The translations under genes were made by a program, and so were the position numbers. Below are positions 60,963-64,000 of a stretch of 64,000 bases of DNA, piece by piece. This DNA is from Ophelia neglecta (Eukaryota): NCBI GenBank assembly GCA_965285935.1, contig OZ260661.1, positions 14,012,001 through 14,076,000 of the forward strand, in the 5' to 3' direction. Position 1 is the first letter of the stretch. Each line of letters opens with the position of its first letter. A model generated the notes under the pieces. The model saw nothing but the letters and a program-made list of their open reading frames with translations. It made no database searches and was not told the origin of the DNA.

Positions 60963-62402
60963 TTATGGCCTCTCTTCCCTGTGTATACGATGGTGTCTGT
61001 TGAGATTCGGTTTGTGAGTAAACTCCTTACCACAGACAATACACTTGTATGGTTTTTCACCTGTGTGTGTTCGATGGTGAATTGTGAGACTGTTTTTGTG
61101 AATAAATTCTTTACCACATACATTACACTTGTATGGCTTTTCTCCTGTGTGTGTATGCTGGTGGGAGGTGAGATTGGTTTGATGGACAAACTCCTTCCCA
61201 CAGACAGTACACTGGTATCGTTTCTCTCCTGTGTGAGAACGGTGGTGTCTGGTGAGATTGGTTTTGCGAGAAAAATCCTTATCACAGAGAGTACACTTGT
61301 ATGGCTTCTCACCTGTGTGCGTACAGTGGTGAATGGTGAGAATGTTTTTCTGAGTAAACCCCTTACCACAGACAGTACACTTGTATGGTTTCTCTCCTGT
61401 GTGTGTTCGGCGATGGTCAATGAGAGTGCTTTGGTGGGCGAATTCCTTACCACAGACAGTACATCTATATGGTTTCTCTCCAGTGTGTGTACGATGGTGA
61501 ATTGTGAGAATGTTTTTAAGTGAAAACTCCTTTTCACATACCGTACATTTGTACAGTTTCTCTCCTGTGTGTGTATGGTGGTGATCATTGAGAGTGTTTT
61601 GATGCATGGAATCCTTTCCACAGACAGTACATTTGTATGGTTTATCTGTAGTGTGCATGCGCTGGTGCCTTTTGAGGCGCCCTTCCTTACTAAACCCTTT
61701 ACCACACACAGTACACCCTAATGACTTCTCTCCTGTATCCCCTGTATGTGTGGGTTGATGCTTAGTCAGTTTGTCTAAATCAGCAAACCCTTTATCACAG
61801 ACAGTACAATTGAATGACTTCTGCTGTGTGGGTCTTCCTTGGTGAGTATAGAGATGATGTTTTTGAGAACATCTTGTATTGGAGGTAGTACACTGGCATG
61901 TTACCTTCCCTGAAGAATCAAGGCAGTGTTCAGTATTGCTTCCTGGTGTCTCCACTGTGTGTTGTTCTATTAAGGGACAAGGACTTTCACTGTCTATATA
62001 TTCTTGGTTATCAGTCATGTCGAGTATTGGTGTATCTGTAAACATGTGGTCTAAAGGGGCAATCACTATGACTGGTGGGTCCACCGTAATGTCTTTCCTG
62101 TGGACCTCGTCAGACCTTGGGGTTTGAAAGGCACACTTAGCTTGGCATTCATTATCTGGATTATTAGACAAATCTTTGTTCATAAATGTCCCGTGCAATG
62201 TTTCTTCTTGGTTGGAAATGGCATCAGTATTTTCTATTTTCTTACAACCTCCTCCATGTTTTACCGAAGACAGAATACCTGATACTACTTTCCACCGTTT
62301 TACATCTGTATCAGTGTCAGCTGTATCTAAATCAGAGCTCATGCAAATTTTAGTTTCTGGTTTCTGAAAAGAATACTTTAAATACTTCCCTTTAGATGAC
62401 AA
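60963..62402 (-). CDS. Host C2H2 (Kruppel-type) zinc-finger protein with about 10 tandem fingers; 5' structure uncertain
   Basis: Repeated YxCxxCGKxF....L..H..THTGEKP. Confidence 0.88.
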   Translation of the reverse strand: MSSKGKYLKYSFQKPETKICMSSDLDTADTDTDVKRWKVVSGILSSVKHGGGCKKIENTDAISNQEETLHGTFMNKDLSNNPDNECQAKCAFQTPRSDEVHRKDITVDPPVIVIAPLDHMFTDTPILDMTDNQEYIDSESPCPLIEQHTVETPGSNTEHCLDSSGKVTCQCTTSNTRCSQKHHLYTHQGRPTQQKSFNCTVCDKGFADLDKLTKHQPTHTGDTGEKSLGCTVCGKGFSKEGRLKRHQRMHTTDKPYKCTVCGKDSMHQNTLNDHHHTHTGEKLYKCTVCEKEFSLKNILTIHHRTHTGEKPYRCTVCGKEFAHQSTLIDHRRTHTGEKPYKCTVCGKGFTQKNILTIHHCTHTGEKPYKCTLCDKDFSRKTNLTRHHRSHTGEKRYQCTVCGKEFVHQTNLTSHQHTHTGEKPYKCNVCGKEFIHKNSLTIHHRTHTGEKPYKCIVCGKEFTHKPNLNRHHRIHREERP

Positions 62403-63067
62403 ATTGAAGGCATGGTTGAATTCAAGAGATACTGAAGATTTGACTTCAGACCGAGTTGATACAATGCCATGATTCTAAATGACCTTGTTCTTTGGGGTTA
62501 GATTCAGGTGTTCCCAATGGTGGAGATTTATCATCAAGTTGTACAGATTCATTGTCGGTTTTCACAATGTTCAGATCAAAAGCTGCCTCATAAAATGGAT
62601 GAAGAGTCTTTTCACGCGAATTCTCCATTGTAAAGAGAAGCGTAAAGATTGAAGTCCAGGTTGTATGCTGTTTCTTGGAAAATTGTTGGATGGATTTATA
62701 TTTCTTATTCTAGCTGAACTGCCTTGTTTCAACATTGGTTCTTATGAACACTTTTAATATTGAGTTTTGAAAGATTGATTGTATGACAATACTTTTTTTT
62801 CACCCATGTTGTCTATACCAGGTGGCTTCTTAAATCTCAGATCTGAAAATAAAAGACATATCAGGTAAGTTCATCATTTAAATACTGGAGTAGAAAATCT
62901 ACAGACAATTTACAGACAAATATAAAGTGGTGATAAGAAATACAACCAAACTTATAATATCATTCCAAATTCACCAAAATAGACCAACAGCTTATTCACA
63001 AAACATCAAACCATAGCTCCACGACATAAACAAGTAAGCAATGAATTTATTTGCAATAAAGTTGATA

Positions 63068-63346
63068 CCGTAAAGCCTCTTGATCAAACAGCGTTTTTAG
63101 CCAATTTCAGGTTCAAGAATTCCCCGAAAAGTTGCCAAGAGAAAGTGGTGGGGTTTAATTAAGAAGTCAAAGACTGAACATCTCAAATTTCCTCACAGAT
63201 AAGACCAGCAAGTCTTTTGGCTGATTATGCGGTTTATATCGGAAGTTTTGATATTCTCATTTCAACTGGGAGATTTTTTGATTACCGATCCCCAAAATGC
63301 CTCCGCGGTTTAATTAAGAAGGCAATTTGATCAAGAGGATTTACGG
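63068..63346. mobile_element. pogo/Tigger-like MITE
   Basis: TA|CCGTAAAGCCTCTTGATCAAA ... TTTGATCAAGAGGATTTACGG|TA. Confidence 0.8.
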
Positions 63347-64000
63347 TATGTGTTTATGCCTCTTATCCCCCACACAAAATCCATGCGTCCCCTCTTTCCC
63401 AGTTGATAAAAAAAATGACTGCGCCCTTGGCAGAAAATAGGAGATTTTTTCAGGAATTCCCCCTCCCCATAGGAATATATTTTTTACTTTAATTTCTTAA
63501 AGAAATAGGTAGGGGCATTTATATTTATCCATGATGCTGAAGCCAGAAATGCCCTGATTGGTTTAAGGAAATTCCTGGTAATCTCCCTATAGTGCTCTTG
63601 TCGATACCAGGGAATCCCCGACCCACTGATCCTCCACAATCTGCAAAACGGAAAATTGGCAAGATTATGTCAAAAAGCACATGGTATTGCCTGGAATACT
63701 CTCTGTTACATGTTTTGCAGGTGGGGTAACTATTGATTCAACAGAGTGATGTCAATAGTTAGTTTTAGGAAGAATCTCTGACATTAAATAGTTTTTATGT
63801 GTGTCTAATGGTTATGTTTGTTTGATGTGTGCCATAAAATACTATGTAGTGAAGGTATATACCGGTCTCCTGTCAGGAACAGTCATTATCTACATCTAGG
63901 GGGTGAAGAGGGGGAAAAAAAGTTTCACTTAAGGATTTTCCCACACACCTTGGTGCCTTGGATCTCTTACAATTGTGTTACCATCCCAGAGATTCTCCAA

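Noticed and set aside
60929-61705. 258-aa alternative-frame and 187-aa antisense ORFs
   Set aside because: Frame shadows of the periodic C2H2 zinc-finger array

Overview
AT-rich genomic DNA of an invertebrate animal (spliceosomal introns, L2/Tx1 LINE fragments, MITEs); the species cannot be determined from the sequence alone. The centre of the window is a complete 25.4-kb Polinton/Maverick endogenous DNA virus (20267-45667). It has ~750-bp terminal inverted repeats starting 5'-AGTAGT and a perfect 6-bp target-site duplication (GTTAAA), and it is nested in a Harbinger-type MITE between two tandem Ig-superfamily receptor genes. The element has intact ORFs for a protein-primed PolB (probably spliced to a zinc-finger first exon), a major capsid protein, an adenain-like protease, several penton-like minor capsid paralogs, small basic core-like proteins and a membrane protein. 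It is defective at two genes: the 5' half of the packaging ATPase is replaced by a 2.8-kb 15-bp satellite, and the integrase is reduced to an N-terminal stub fused to a penton C-terminus. The most striking feature is a cassette of host-derived genes just inside the left TIR: a stand-alone TRAF (MATH) domain and an intronless GTSF1/Asterix-like double-CHHC zinc-finger gene (a piRNA/PIWI cofactor). This suggests a virus-encoded counter-defence module against piRNA silencing and innate immune signalling; that function is inference. The right flank has LINE fragments and a C2H2 zinc-finger gene. All family assignments come from motifs read by eye, with no database searches.
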